DNA of 64,000 nt. Source: Marsupella aquatica (taxonomy: Eukaryota > Plantae > Marchantiophyta). The stretch is from NCBI GenBank assembly GCA_973895155.1, contig OZ316893.1, positions 15,468,645 through 15,532,644 on the forward strand, written 5' to 3'. Position numbers and translations under genes: made by a program. The notes beneath the pieces were generated by a model. That model saw only the letters and a program-made list of their open reading frames with translations. It ran no database searches and was not told the origin of the DNA. Below are positions 1 to 12,500 of the stretch, one piece after another; the first letter of the stretch is position 1, and each line of letters opens with the position of its first letter.

Positions 1-443
1 CCAGCTAGAAGTACGGGATCGAATATGTAAAGAGGGAGAACTTTCTCGTACGCGCTCGCAGCCGTCAGCCCCGGATGATCATCGAGTCGCAGGTCCCGCT
101 TGAACCACACCACTGCTGTCGCCCTCCTTCCAATACTAACCTCCTCCTCCTCTTCCATAACCTGTGGCTTTGTGGCAGCTCCGTTGCCATTGTCATTGCC
201 GTTGCTGGAACATACCGCAAACCCCCAATTCTTCAGATGCCGAGGCAATTTCCGGCGGGCAGAGCAGATGGCTGCTGTGTCTCGAGATACAGGGTCCAGA
301 GGACTGAAGGGGAGATGATTCACTCTGGTACCACAACTTTGGAGCCTCTCAGTAACAACAGGCAGGCAAACGGTTGCAGCATCATTGAGTAGTGTAGAGT
401 GTACAAGGCAGGTTACCGCGGAAGCCACATTGGTTGTATACAT
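1..443 (-). CDS. 5' coding exon (partial, continues beyond window) of a DNA photolyase N-terminal-domain protein, At4g25290-like (photolyase domain + alpha/beta-hydrolase), with probable plastid transit peptide
   Basis: Not in the ORF track. Manual minus-strand translation from ATG 443 (alternative ATG 467) is open to the window edge: MYTTNVASAVTCLV...RATAVVWFKRDLRLDDHPGLTAASAYEKVLPLYIFDPVLLA. This matches the photolyase/cryptochrome N-terminal motif VWFxxDLRxxDxPxL...PLYxFDP. Confidence 0.85.
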   Translation of the reverse strand, partial: MYTTNVASAVTCLVHSTLLNDAATVCLPVVTERLQSCGTRVNHLPFSPLDPVSRDTAAICSARRKLPRHLKNWGFAVCSSNGNDNGNGAATKPQVMEEEEEVSIGRRATAVVWFKRDLRLDDHPGLTAASAYEKVLPLYIFDPVLLA

Positions 444-3400
444 TGTCTCAATCAAACCAACCTTCATCTCGCAACCACGTCTATACTGTTTTGAGCGAAG
501 ACGTCATTCCACTGTTCATGGCGCTTCTCCAGGAAAACCTCGTTCTGTTGGTTCTCCCTGGGCCCTACCTCTAAACATAATCAAGAGGTGGAGATTCTAT
601 CAAGACGTGCGGATTCTCAGTGACACACATATATTGTTTGATGAAAAGAGACGAGGTATTGGCTGTCCAACGAGGGGACGCAATCCCTCACTGATAGGAT
701 GACAGTGAGACCGGGAAATGCTTGGTTGGCAGCTTCACATCTAAACACTGAGCGCCTGGTCCACTGAATTCCAAGTGATCCACGAAGTCGTGAGGTTTTA
801 GAGCCTTGACATGCAGAAACATGTAGAGCTACGTTAAGTGCAAAAATTCCCAGCTGTTCGCACACAATAAACGAGGCCAGGCGAATCTTCAACAAATCGA
901 TTGTGGCACTCAGAGAATGAATCCTACACAATCTCCTCCCGCACCTCGCCCGAAGCGTTTACATTCCGTTCTGTTGCATGCAAGCATGCACCCCTCGTTT
1001 CGCCGGGGAAAGTACAGATACTCTTCCGAGGCAATGACTGGCGCCACCTGCAATTGTGACATGACACTTCACCATTCAATTATGAAGTTCGCGCATACGC
1101 ACGTCCTCCCAAACTTTCGAAATTGCCATAAGACCTTACAAATGCATGGACATTTTCTCGCTCTCGGTGGAAGCGGATCCCGCAGTCAGCTCGGGGAGGA
1201 GGACTTGCAGCACTGGTAAAATAATCGCCTGGCCTCACGTCAACTGCAGGAACCTTTAATGAGCTCCAACGCTAGATTGGTGCCACCTTCACAGTCATCA
1301 TTCATCCACAACAGTCGTAGGGTCACACTTCGCTTGCATCAAGGCGTCGCACAATGCCACCTTCTCACCAGCAATCGGGAGTGACGGTGCGCCTAGACAA
1401 ACCTGCGGTACTCTGGATTGGGAGCCAAGGGCACCTCATTCTCTTATCCTCTCCCGGCTGTGTAATTTGGGGGCATTGGAAATCAGGCGAGAAGGTTTCA
1501 TCGGCGCTCTGAGCCTTTCCTCGACAAAGATATCTCATCCCTCCACTTGTCGCGAAGAACTCGAAACTGGTACTCTTGCTCCAGTATGCACAGAGTTACA
1601 ATAATAACTGTTTATATAAAATATTAAAGTGCCGAAAAACAAAAGTCGCCCAATCATTATCCCAGAGGCGAATTGTATTTATTTAGTCGTCGAACAGACC
1701 GTACGCTCAATTTTTTAACGCAACTAATCTACTGTCAGTTGTTTGTATCACTACACGTGGTCCAATCGGAAGTCAATGCTACCAAAATATCAGAGACTCT
1801 CCCTGGAAAGTAGGTCAAATTTATTATTGAGTCCATTTAGCTGGAAACCAGGGTCCGCCATGTCGGGATTGGGCCTTACACCCCAACGCCAGTAAACACC
1901 CATGAAACTCCCTTTTGTGACAAGGGGGTAACTACCCCCACCCCCAGCGAGCCTGACCTGGTGCACAAAATGAACATAAGCTGCCTAGCACCAACGCCGG
2001 TTCTATCCCAGGTTTAGGTTGGCAGGCTAGGAGAACAGGTGAAAGTTTTTTAAACATTCATGGCTTGCTGTTGTGCCTTGTCAACAACTTCTCACAACAC
2101 AACGGTGATGTTCGGTCAACAAACAAACATGACCAATTTAAGCCAGCAAAACCAGTAGGCCTAGGAATGGTAAAAAATTAAAACATCAATGCCAAACAAC
2201 CAAGAGTGGGGGCAAAAAAGTAACCTGTTATAATCAATGTATTAACTTTTTAGATTACAGTAAATCATTCTGTCATATTTAGTTGTTATATTTAGTATAA
2301 CACAGTGCCCAAGGGCAAAAAAGGCCAAACCTGGAGACATGGTCCCAAATTTGCAAAGCAACCCAATGAAATAAAGGAAAAGAGGGGAAAAGGCCCCAAC
2401 TGTTATATTTAGTTAGTTTACTGAAAAACAACAAGGACTAAGTCTAGCCATTAGATTTGATTGTTTGAAGCAATAGACTGATCATAAGAGGGAATCGGAC
2501 AACGTAGACAATGGTCACAAGTAAAGGTGCATGTGGTTGAATTCCTTAGATCAACGGGTGAAAAGGGGGGTGAAATTGAATGTTGATAATTAATGGTGAG
2601 GGTCTCCACTTTAAACCGAGAATATATACTTTAAGATACTCCTTTATTTTTTGGGGTTTTCATGATTTTGCTTATGTATAACGAGGGTACGTTAGCATAC
2701 TAAAATAAATCAAAAGAGTTTCTAGACATAAACTTGTGAGTCATCTCAAGTCCCTTTGGGTTGACATTTTTTATGTCGCTCCCTAGCTTGAGTACCTACA
2801 GTACTTACCAAACAAATTTAAAGAAAAATAGATGTACCAGAATTTTTTTGATGACCCCCATTATACCAATCAGATGAAAGAGATTGAAGTACAAGAAAAA
2901 GACACAGGTAACTAAGGTAGGATTGGGGAAAAACTAAAGAAAGAAAATGGATGGGAGGTTGGAGTGGGCAAGGAGGGGGAACAAATTTTGGGTAATTGTT
3001 GAGTTTTTGCTGATATAAAAACCCACTAATTTGTTTCCGGTTTTGTTGAGCTTTAGTATACTTAGGGTTAGCTAGCTAGTAATTATTGGAATTTGGTATG
3101 ATCATTTGACTGAATGGATTGAATTCTGGTAGTTGAGGCACTATGGTAGGTTTTTTTTGGCATGAATTGCCCAAAAAATCCAGTGAGTGGACAGGCAGCA
3201 GGAAATAAAATGGCAGGGACCATTCATTGAGTCTTCATGTATCACACTATAACAAGGGATATATATGATATTCATTTGGGCACATTGGTGGTTTTGTCGA
3301 AGCATCATCCCACCTCCCAACGCTCATAATAAAGATGATTGGTGTCCCCAAAATCCCAACAGTCAGTGATTTCTGTGGAGTGAAGGAGATGTCCAAACAG

Positions 3401-3486
3401 CTGGAAAACTCTTCAAAGGTCTGTCCAGATCAACGAGTTAAAATATGTGCGACTCATCTGATATTTACGTTGAAATATAACTAGAA

Positions 3487-4871
3487 CTAGCTCAATACCC
3501 GTGCGTTGCACAAAAGATGTCGTGTCAGCCAAGATTTGGTTGAGAAAAAAGATGTTGTGTCGGCCAAGAGGTCATTGAGAAAAAATATGTTGTGTCGGCC
3601 GAGATGTCACTGAGAAAAAAGATGTCGTGTCTGCCAGGAAGTTGTTGAGAAAAGGATGTCGTGTCGGCCAAGATGTCCTTGAGGAAAAAGATATTGTGTT
3701 GGCCAATATGTCGTTGAAAAAAAGATATCGTGTTGCCCAAGACATCATTGAGAAAAAAAATATTGTGTCGCCAAAGGTGTTCTTAAGCAAAATGTCGTGT
3801 TGCCCAAGATGTTGTGAAGAAAACCCGTGTGTTGCACAAAAGATGTCGTTAAAAAAAATCGAGTTGCCAAAGATGTCGTGAAGTAAAAAGATTTTCTGTC
3901 GCCAAAGATGACGCAAAGTAAAAAGATGGTGTTAAAAAAAACCCGTGGAGTAAAAAGATGTTGTTCAGAAAAAAAGGAGTCATGTCTCCAAAGATGTCAT
4001 GGAGTAAAAACATATTGTCAAGTAAAAAGATGTCATTATGTGAAAGATATTATTGCCAAGTAAAAAGATGTCGGGAGCCAAAGATGTTGTTATGTCAAAG
4101 ATATCATCAAGTAAAAAGAACTCGTGTTGCCAAAGTTGTTGTGAAGTAAAACATATGTCATCAAGTAAAAGATGTAGTCAAGTAAAAAAATGTTGTGACT
4201 CCAAAGCTGTCGTCAAGTAAAAAAATGTCATCAGTCATAGATGTTGTGAAGTAAAACATGTCATTGCATGACATATTGTTAAGGAAAAGATGTGCAAAAA
4301 ATGCCAATAAATTTCTTGCTCAAAAGATGTCATTAAGTAAAAAATATCATTGCCCAAAATATATCTAAGTAATAAAAGATATAATTACCCAAAAATTATT
4401 ATCTAGTAAAAGATGTCATGGGGTAAAAAATGAGTGACAACAATCACAAAGTATTATCAGCTAAAAATTATTTTTGTGTTTGTATTTTTCATTTTTTTAT
4501 TCAGCACGCCACCCTCCCCCCCCCCCCCCCTTTTACCGCTTTTGTACTATTTTTTGGTTTTGATATTTTTTATTACAGTATGTAATATTTGTAATCAATC
4601 TTATGACATAAATTATCATGGGTATAGAATTATACTTAAATGGTACATAAAGTATTATACATATATGGTCCATAAATTACTCATTATTGTGTATTGTTAT
4701 TCCTGGCATTCTCCTCTATTTATTGTTTGGAAAATGTGTCACTCTTTACTTCACACCAAATATAATATAATTTTTAGTTTATTCCTTCTCTTGGTCAGCT
4801 TCTTTAATTTTTGTGCCCTTCAAATTTAAATGACGACCACCCTATAAATAGGCGCAACTGTTTATTATAGA
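3487..4871 (-). mobile_element. Non-autonomous Helitron-like element
   Basis: The minus strand ends ...tgtgcaacgcacgggtattgagCTAG|T (CTAG at 3487-3490, GTGC-GTT-GCAC hairpin just inside), a typical Helitron 3' end. A candidate 5' end TCTATAATAAA lies at 4861-4871 and is less certain. The interior is a degenerate minisatellite. Confidence 0.6.
3511..4430. repeat. Degenerate minisatellite (~15/31-bp periodicity, core AAAAGATGTCGT / CCAAGATGTC)
   Basis: Dozens of recurring aaaagatgtc(g/a)t variants that drift along the array. The overlapping ORFs are repeat translations. Confidence 0.85.
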
Positions 4872-5265
4872 AGTTAATTGGGGAAACCTTATATCTTTGC
4901 TGATCTTAAGGACAGCCTTTGGATTTTAAAGATCTAATTAATCCAGTTGCAGCCAAAGGCAAAAATTGGTGGATTTTTCTTAAGATTTGTTCCCCATCTT
5001 TGCGTATATTCAACAGGAAATGGAGAATGGACAATTGACAGATTTTGGCAGTATCTAAGCAATTAAACATCACTGTCAACAACAATTGCTCTTGTTGTGT
5101 TATCCTGGCTTGTGCAAAACATAAACATAACTGATTTTTAAAATTCTGGGCTTGAATAACAAAATAATATAAAGGGTTTGTGAAACATCGAAATAGTTCT
5201 GTGAGGCACAGTTAAGAATGTTCTGAGCAATTTCATAAGATACTTACTTAACACTATATGCTTTC

Positions 5266-5400
5266 TTATTATTATCATCATCATTGTCAGGGGAAATTAA
5301 TCCTGTAACCCCATGGAAAGGTAGGCAGGGAAGCCAGTTATAACATTTGAACCCAAGAATTACGAGTCCCTACTCAAGTGAGCTACCACACCACCATGCC
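5266..5400 (-). mobile_element. Degenerate tRNA-derived SINE-like element
   Basis: Minus strand has an A-box-like TGGTGTGGTAG, a B-box-like GGGTTCAAAT and an (ATG)/(ATA) microsatellite tail. The flanks share a degenerate tactta..ca.t.tatgc repeat. Confidence 0.4.
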
Positions 5401-6046
5401 TACTTAGGCAATGTATGCATTATTTTTAAAATTAAGAAGGGACTAAAACAGAAGAACATGAATTAGCTTCCATATAGGCAGTAACGCATGCATAAGGGTC
5501 CACAAACTAATTGAGTATTGTAGAGCAATTATGCCCAAATTATGGTTCATGCAAGATATGGGCAGATGGGTTATTCTTGTTTCTTCCATTCAAGCAATAA
5601 AGCAAGCCAAAATATTATTCTCCTGTTTACACTGAAGATTCAGTGTTTACATGACCATATTGTTGTAACTTCCATCCCAATATTTATCAGAAGTATAGAA
5701 TCTAATCTCAAGTAGTATTTAAAATATTACTACTAGAGTAGATTTTGAAGAACTACCAAATTAATGTGTCTATGGAAGGTGGATGATTGAAGAACTATAG
5801 CCCTGACTAGCCCAATGAAATCAATCTGCATTAGACAGTAGATGGTGAGACAAAGCAAACAAATGCAGGTGAGTCAAGGAAATTGTTGTCTAATGCATTT
5901 GCAACCATGTGGGCAACCATGTTGTCATCATGGTTAAGCGGCCACTGTGGCCATGCGGTTGTTCCAATGCCCATGCATTGGATGTTTATTGTTGGCCATA
6001 CAATTGTCGCGGCCATATTGTTGTTGCCATGTTAGAATTGTGAAAC

Positions 6047-6333
6047 TTTAGGGTGCTGAAAATAGTCAAAGAATGAAAGACAAGCATCTCAATGAAGACA
6101 TCATATGATCTAGGATCAATAAAGTTTTTTTAAGGAATTTTTTTACCCCTAGTTTAATGGAATATTCCCATATTTGATTAAAAAACCCTATGATTCTTAT
6201 AATTAACAAAATTGGATTAAAATAACCCTAATTTTCTTCAACAAAAATTTAAAAGTATTTCACTAAACCCAATGAAAAACTCTATACTTATTCGCACGTG
6301 ATGGGTCGGAAGAAAAGAAGTGAGGACCCTGTG
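6047..6333. mobile_element. ~300-bp MITE, degenerate copy of the family at 37817-38113
   Basis: Internal similarity to the reverse complement of 37817-38113 (ggaatattcc...ttcttataa...aaaattggattaaaa...cgcacgtgatg). The right end is gtgaggaccctg; the left end is eroded. Confidence 0.6.
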
Positions 6334-6585
6334 TCAAAAACTTGCAGCAACAACCAAGGTGGAGCTCCAAAGTCCCATTATTGAAGAATATATGATCTAG
6401 GTTGTGTTTTTTTTTGAAGAGTGAAGAATATAATCTGAAGTTTGGGCTATTTTGCACCTTGAGAACTATTATATTTATGCATTTTTGGCTAAGATTTTAT
6501 CTCACCCTTTATCTCACCCAGCCTATTCAATCAATGGCCCGAAGATCGTATAGTGCCCAACGACCATGCATGTGGTCGCTTTCTG

Positions 6586-6894
6586 CTGGGGGCTTCAATC
6601 CAAGGGATGTACCATCTCATGCGTGAAGCTTTCAAGTAATAAACACCCTAAAACTTAATAAAATAAAGTTAGTAGATTTAAAATATTTTTAACCCCTAAC
6701 TTTAATGAATATTCTAGGAATATTCTCACATTTGGTATAAAACCTTAAGTTCTTATAATTCTCAAAATTGGATTAAAACAACCCAAATTTTTTTCAACAA
6801 ATTTTTTAAAGTCTTCCGTGCAATTGAATTAAAAAACCTCTAATTAACTTCTTTGCGCGAGATAAGTCGGAAGAAAAAAAGTGAGGACCCTGGG
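6586..6894. mobile_element. ~309-bp MITE, same family as 37817-38113
   Basis: Ends are ctgggggcttca...gtgaggaccctggg. The interior is colinear with the reverse complement of 37817-38113. Flanking 8-mers gctttctg / cctttttg match at 6 of 8 positions (eroded TSD). Confidence 0.7.
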
Positions 6895-9254
6895 CCTTTT
6901 TGACCATTTGCAAAGGCTTGTAATTCAGCTTTAAGACCTCTCGGTGCTACACCCTTCTTTGGGGGAATGCTAAATTTATAGGTTACATTTACTATATATG
7001 CCCACCTCAAGTCGTCCATTATCTCAGATACAACCAGACCAGCACCCCACGTCGCAATATCTCATCATCATTGGCTCAATTGCTAAGCTCATTGAGCTCA
7101 AAGTCATTCAACTACAAGTGGGACTACAAGTTGAGCTTGGGTACAGACTATCTCACGAAAATCACCTTGCAGTATTTCTTGTCCTGAGTAAATCCAAAAT
7201 CTGAAGATTGTTACCTGCTGTTCAATTTCAAACACTAACTTCAGAACGGGCTTCATATGATAATGACATGATCCTGCAATCTCAAACTGACATATATATT
7301 AGTTTTTACGCACCCTCATTTTGTAAGAAGCTTCTGCCCACATTGTTCTAGTCTAAAACTTTCATGTGTTGCCCGTGACCTTCATGCTCTACCTTTGACA
7401 AACAACATCTACTGATGGCTTCAGAAAGCTGCAAATTGAAAACCTGTCTATTACTCGTCTTGACCACCCCGCTCTACATTTTGACATTAAGATTCTGATA
7501 AAGTCTCTCAAAATGCTGTTAATTAAAAACTTGCCAGATATATATGATTCGTCTGGCTTTGTGCTTGTCCACCATGCAGCAAGTGCCCTTCTTTCACTTC
7601 ACAAGTGACACGTACGTAAGAAAGTGGTAAAACACCAGGATCTTGATAGAGATGGTTTGGAAGAAACCTTTGAGCAGATACTCAAATAATTGTTCACATG
7701 TAGACATCCAACATCACATCCTGGAAACCGTGAACCATGAACTGTCATTATGCGGTTTTCCAGTATCAATATCAGGATGCCTGATCAAGCTAGAGGGTTG
7801 ATACTCAACAATATGGTCCTAGCTTCAATATTTTAATGAGGAATTTCAATTCTCACAATGTGAACAACAACTTTCCCTAGACTATAACTCAACAGACTTC
7901 TGCTTGCAAAATCTTTCTTTCTTCACAATTCAAGGGTACAAGCCGAACTGCTTCCCTCATGAATCAGTCACTTGAAAAGAGACCGGTCGATAGGGTGAGA
8001 AGGTTAAGAGATGTTAGTATGTAATTATGTGGCCTTATTAATATCTAACTTAACTCTATTTTACTCCAGAGACCTCCAAACCCAACTCAGTTGAAGGAGT
8101 TTGACAACATGTTTTTTAAATGTGTACATAAATAAAACTAAATATATAATAGTGTCCTTTTCTTAGTTCATTGTAATATTTATCATGGCCAATTGAAAAG
8201 CAACCCCAACCCGCATGGGGTAATTTCCTTAAACAAGAGGTATCAGCATTGGACAATAGTAAATTGAAATCTTGAAAACCCAGCAATGAACCCTGAACCC
8301 AGTAAGGAGTCAACTATAATATAATCTTTTTCATGTACAGTTCGGACACTGTCCAAAGAACCTGGTTCTTGAAATCCAGATAATTTTTGAGTGAGTGGGT
8401 TGGGCCTGAACTTTTGCATTTCCTTTACTAGGTTTGGTCAAAACTCAATCACAATTTTGAAAACCGGTTGGGTTGGAGATGCTTTAAAGACTTGATCCAC
8501 AACACCACCAATGGAGGGCTGTTAGTGTTTGACTATGATCTTAGATTTATTTTGGCAGCCCATTGATACCATTGACTGTCTAGCCCCATTCTTGATGGGG
8601 ACTAATCTCGTAGCTAACACAATAGACTACCTGGCTGAGTGCTTTTAAGATGTAAGCAAACAGGAATGTTTGCGGGCCAGTCACCCTATGACTATTTATG
8701 CATTTTGAGTTTGGGTGAGTTTTGTATTTTGAGCACATTTTTAGGACTCCATGTGGCCAGAGAGATTGCTAGCAAAAAGAGGAGTCCAAAAAATAGAGTT
8801 TAAAAATTAAAGATATAGCTGAAGAGTTGCACAGAAAATGTAGAGGAGAAAAAAGTTCTTGAGGAGACGGATAGATGTAGAGGCAAGGCAAAATTGTCTA
8901 TGAGAGACAAAGATGCGAAGGAGAGTGAATTATGTCTATGGCAAAGGTAAGAGATTATGTCCATGCCTATTGTGGTAAATCTGCGAGAATACCATGACCA
9001 TAGTTTGCAAGGGGAGTATTTTTTCAATGAAACTGTGAAACAAATCTGTTTCTTAGACAGACTGCCATCTTGCTTCCATGTTCTTTGGTATTTGTGAGCC
9101 ATGAAGATGATCGAAAAAAGGGCGGGATCAAGTATTGTAGTATTTGATTACTAAACATCCTCCCTGTTTAGTTGAGCTGGAACGGAGCATTGATGTGGAG
9201 TTTTCCATCGTAGCAAATCATTAGCCACAAATGGGAATTCTGTATCACGGGTTG

Positions 9255-9510
9255 ACATTGCTGTTTGAGCTTATCCCAACATTTCTTGGCAGTATTGACT
9301 TTATCCAAAGACGTCTGAATGCACGTCGAGCTAGAAAATGATCATACGCGCCTGCGCTGCTTGAGCGTGATAAGACTCAAGCCTCGCTTGAAACTGACAA
9401 TTTATTCCTGATTAGGTGGAATTGCTGTGCCATCTGTAAACTTCCAGACTCCCGCAGGAGCAAGACTCACTTGCAGAGACCAATAACTGCCAGGATTCGT
9501 AATTGACTCC
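9255..9510 (-). pseudogene. Degenerate Ty1/Copia gag remnant
   Basis: Minus-strand pieces NYESW..., QVSLAPAGVWKFTDGTAIPP... and LDKVNTAKKCWDKLKQQ match Copia Gag N-terminal motifs (NYxxW; LWxxVxG; TAxxxWxxL). Frameshifts and stops are present. Confidence 0.6.
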
Positions 9511-12500
9511 ACAATACGAAGTTGCGTTATAATATGTAAACGAAACACAGACGAACGAGAAAATTAAAAGGAGAAGGGAAGAAGCAATTACTTAGATGTA
9601 AACTTCAAGAATCAAGATGGATAAAATGTTTTTTGGCCCATAATATGATTTATAGATTCTGTTTATTCAGTAGAACATCGTATGAACTATAGATTTTGTT
9701 TAGTCAGTCGAACATCGAGAGCTGACAAAAATTGTTACTTAAATTATTAAATTATGAAAAGATGTGAAAAAATAAAGCTCTTAATAATTGCTGTTATATA
9801 TGAACAACACAATTGTGTTTTCATCTAAACAAACGAACGAGTGCGTAAAGACATGAAAAGCCTAGAGATATATCTCCAACTAAATACAAGTCAAGACAGG
9901 ACTGTTTGACGAGAGAACCGAGCGAAAACTAAAATAGTAAAGAGTTGGCTCCTAAGATCAATTCAATGAACGTTAAGGGGGCGCGGGAGTCTAATTAAAG
10001 CTACACCACATGGCAGAGAAACCTCGCCCCGGGAACCCTCGCTTACTCACGCTGTAATTGTAAGTAATGTCCAAAACAGACTGATTCTAAATCAATTACT
10101 CACGCTGTAATGGTAAGTAATGTTCCAGCAACGAAACAACAGAGTTCACAATGTCACATTACGGAATGTAGAACTCCATTAATTGCAGATCGGGGGATTC
10201 ATTACCAGCGATATGGGAGTTCAACAGATTGAACAGGTGGATAGTACACACAGAACTCCGCTTCGTTCATGTACCAAATATATATATATATTCTCCTCTC
10301 CAATTATTTTCTGCTCGGTAATTGTTGGGCTCTTCGTCTCGTGCAAACTGATGGGGCACGAACAGCAGAGAAATACGAATAAGATCAAAAATAGATTCTG
10401 CCCCGTTTGATGATTGCGGCGCTCTTAATTTCATGCAAAATTATATGCCTCAATGGTAGTACACAGTCGCAGAGAGGTCCGAGCTAGCAAATTGCAAAAT
10501 TCGAAGGTCCAATTGTCAAAGCATGTCCATTTGATGAATCCATAGTCTGATTTCCATTCCGAGGAGTCTCAAGATTTCCGATTCGATCATGATCGAGCTA
10601 CAAGTAATCTGTATCACCACAAGCTTGGCAAAGCAACAATGGACAAATTTCTTGCGATGATATATAGTGCAGCGTAGCTTTGCCAGGCCAGCGGTGAGAT
10701 AGAATGTTCGTAGAAAACACACTCCTCAAGGGTGATTACCGGTCTGTTAAATCTATTCACGTCTCATAAATACGGAGGAGCTGTCATCGTATGAGCTTCC
10801 CCTCAGTGGATCCTGAATGCACATACAAGCTGCTTCGGAATCATTCCACCAAAATATCTATGATCGCTACGAATCTTCCAAGAAGGGGCAATTTGCTATC
10901 CTTCCACCGATAATCTCGCTTCTCCTGATGTATCATTCCCCTTGTCGTCAGAATTGAGCAATTCCGCTCGAAGCATCTCAAAACCTTCAAGCTTACCACT
11001 CGGCTACATTTGGCATAGTGAGACTTCTACAATCCAGTAATCTCGCAAAGTTACTTAAAGAGTTCCTGCTGTAGAGAGCACGCTCAACCGACTCGAGGAA
11101 AAGAAAATGTCCACAATATGGAAGAACCATCAGAGTGAAAGCAAAGCCACGAGTCTAAAGGCTACCTACTCGTGCACGAATTAGGACAAACCTCCGCACA
11201 ACATAGGGGCATCGACCGGGAGAGTACCTCAGTTTGAACATCGCGAATTTACTGTACCGGATCCAATCACGCGCACCCGCACAAATTGCCGGAATACGGA
11301 CGTATTCGAGAACATCGCAGAGTCGGCAACAATCTCCGGATGTGCTACTACTCAAAGGCTCCCTGAATACTGGCAGACATGAATCATTCTTTGAACATCA
11401 GCCGAGCAGAACAAACATGGCTGCAAGAACAGACTGATGCGATGAAATGTTATCACCAGTCCGGACGGAATAACCGTTAGAGTGATAACGCCCCGGCAAG
11501 GGGCGTGGAAATGAAAGAAGGCTTCACCATCAATAAATAGACACCTATAGGCTACTGCAGATCATTAGAGAATGGACCAGTTTTGAATGCATAAATCCTG
11601 GCTCCAAAACTTATCTATCCTCCTAACTTCTTCATCACGTGGGTTATGAAGACGTTCTTCACTCCCGAATTGAAATCCCAGCTCCGGATCCCAGCCACAC
11701 TTTCGCAGCTGTAGCCTCGTCTCAGCTTCGATCGAAGAAGCGCTAACCTGTTGACATCTTTCTTCATGATGTCATGCATTTTGAAGCTCAAAGCTGGCCC
11801 CTTTCTTTTCATGATCACATCTCTTAACCTAGGCAAATCAGCTCGTGCATCTACAACACTGTCTACACTAACTGCGGTTGGTTACTTCCTGTAGATCGAC
11901 AGTCAATCTCACCCCGAGAGTATGATCTCGTTACTCGCACCTTCGATCTAGGCAATGCTTGACCTGACTGGGTGGTATGTCCTGGTTGGCGTCCAATAGT
12001 TCAATATGTTGTCATAAATCAAACCATCTGGGACGAGGATGGCACATGCTAGTCTCTCTAATTAGTGCAGATTTCAGCCGCTGCACTGCTGCAGTGAACA
12101 TGCCTTCTACTGGTCTCGTATGCTGTTTTCTGGGGCAGCAAAATTGAACAAATATGAAAATCCAAGTGTGTTCAGTGCATTATTTACTTGTGCATGAAGT
12201 CCTCACTTTCGTTATTAGGCCCTGAAGCCTGGAGCTGAAATGCTCTCCCTGATAGAGATGAATAAAATTGACCACGTAGCCGTAGTGGGGTCCTCAGTCA
12301 GAAAGTCGGCATTGGAAACATTGTCGACATCATGTCGACATCCCACTCTGGTACGTGTCGGCATTCTATGCTCCCGAAAATAACTCAACTTCTCAGCCTC
12401 CTCTTGCATGGATTGGACTCCGTGGGCTACGTATGGTCCAAATTGCAAGGAAATGTAGCTGATGACCATCATTTACTTTCAGCTGGGAAGGTTTTCGTGT

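Noticed and set aside
75-392. Plus-strand ORFs 75..392 and 100..318
   Set aside because: Antisense shadows of the minus-strand photolyase-domain exon.
3525-4149. Cluster of overlapping ORFs
   Set aside because: Translations of the minisatellite.
10430-12470. Coding-like minus-strand stretch (possible old pseudogene)
   Set aside because: Many stops in all frames and no motif I can assign to a family; needs BLASTX.
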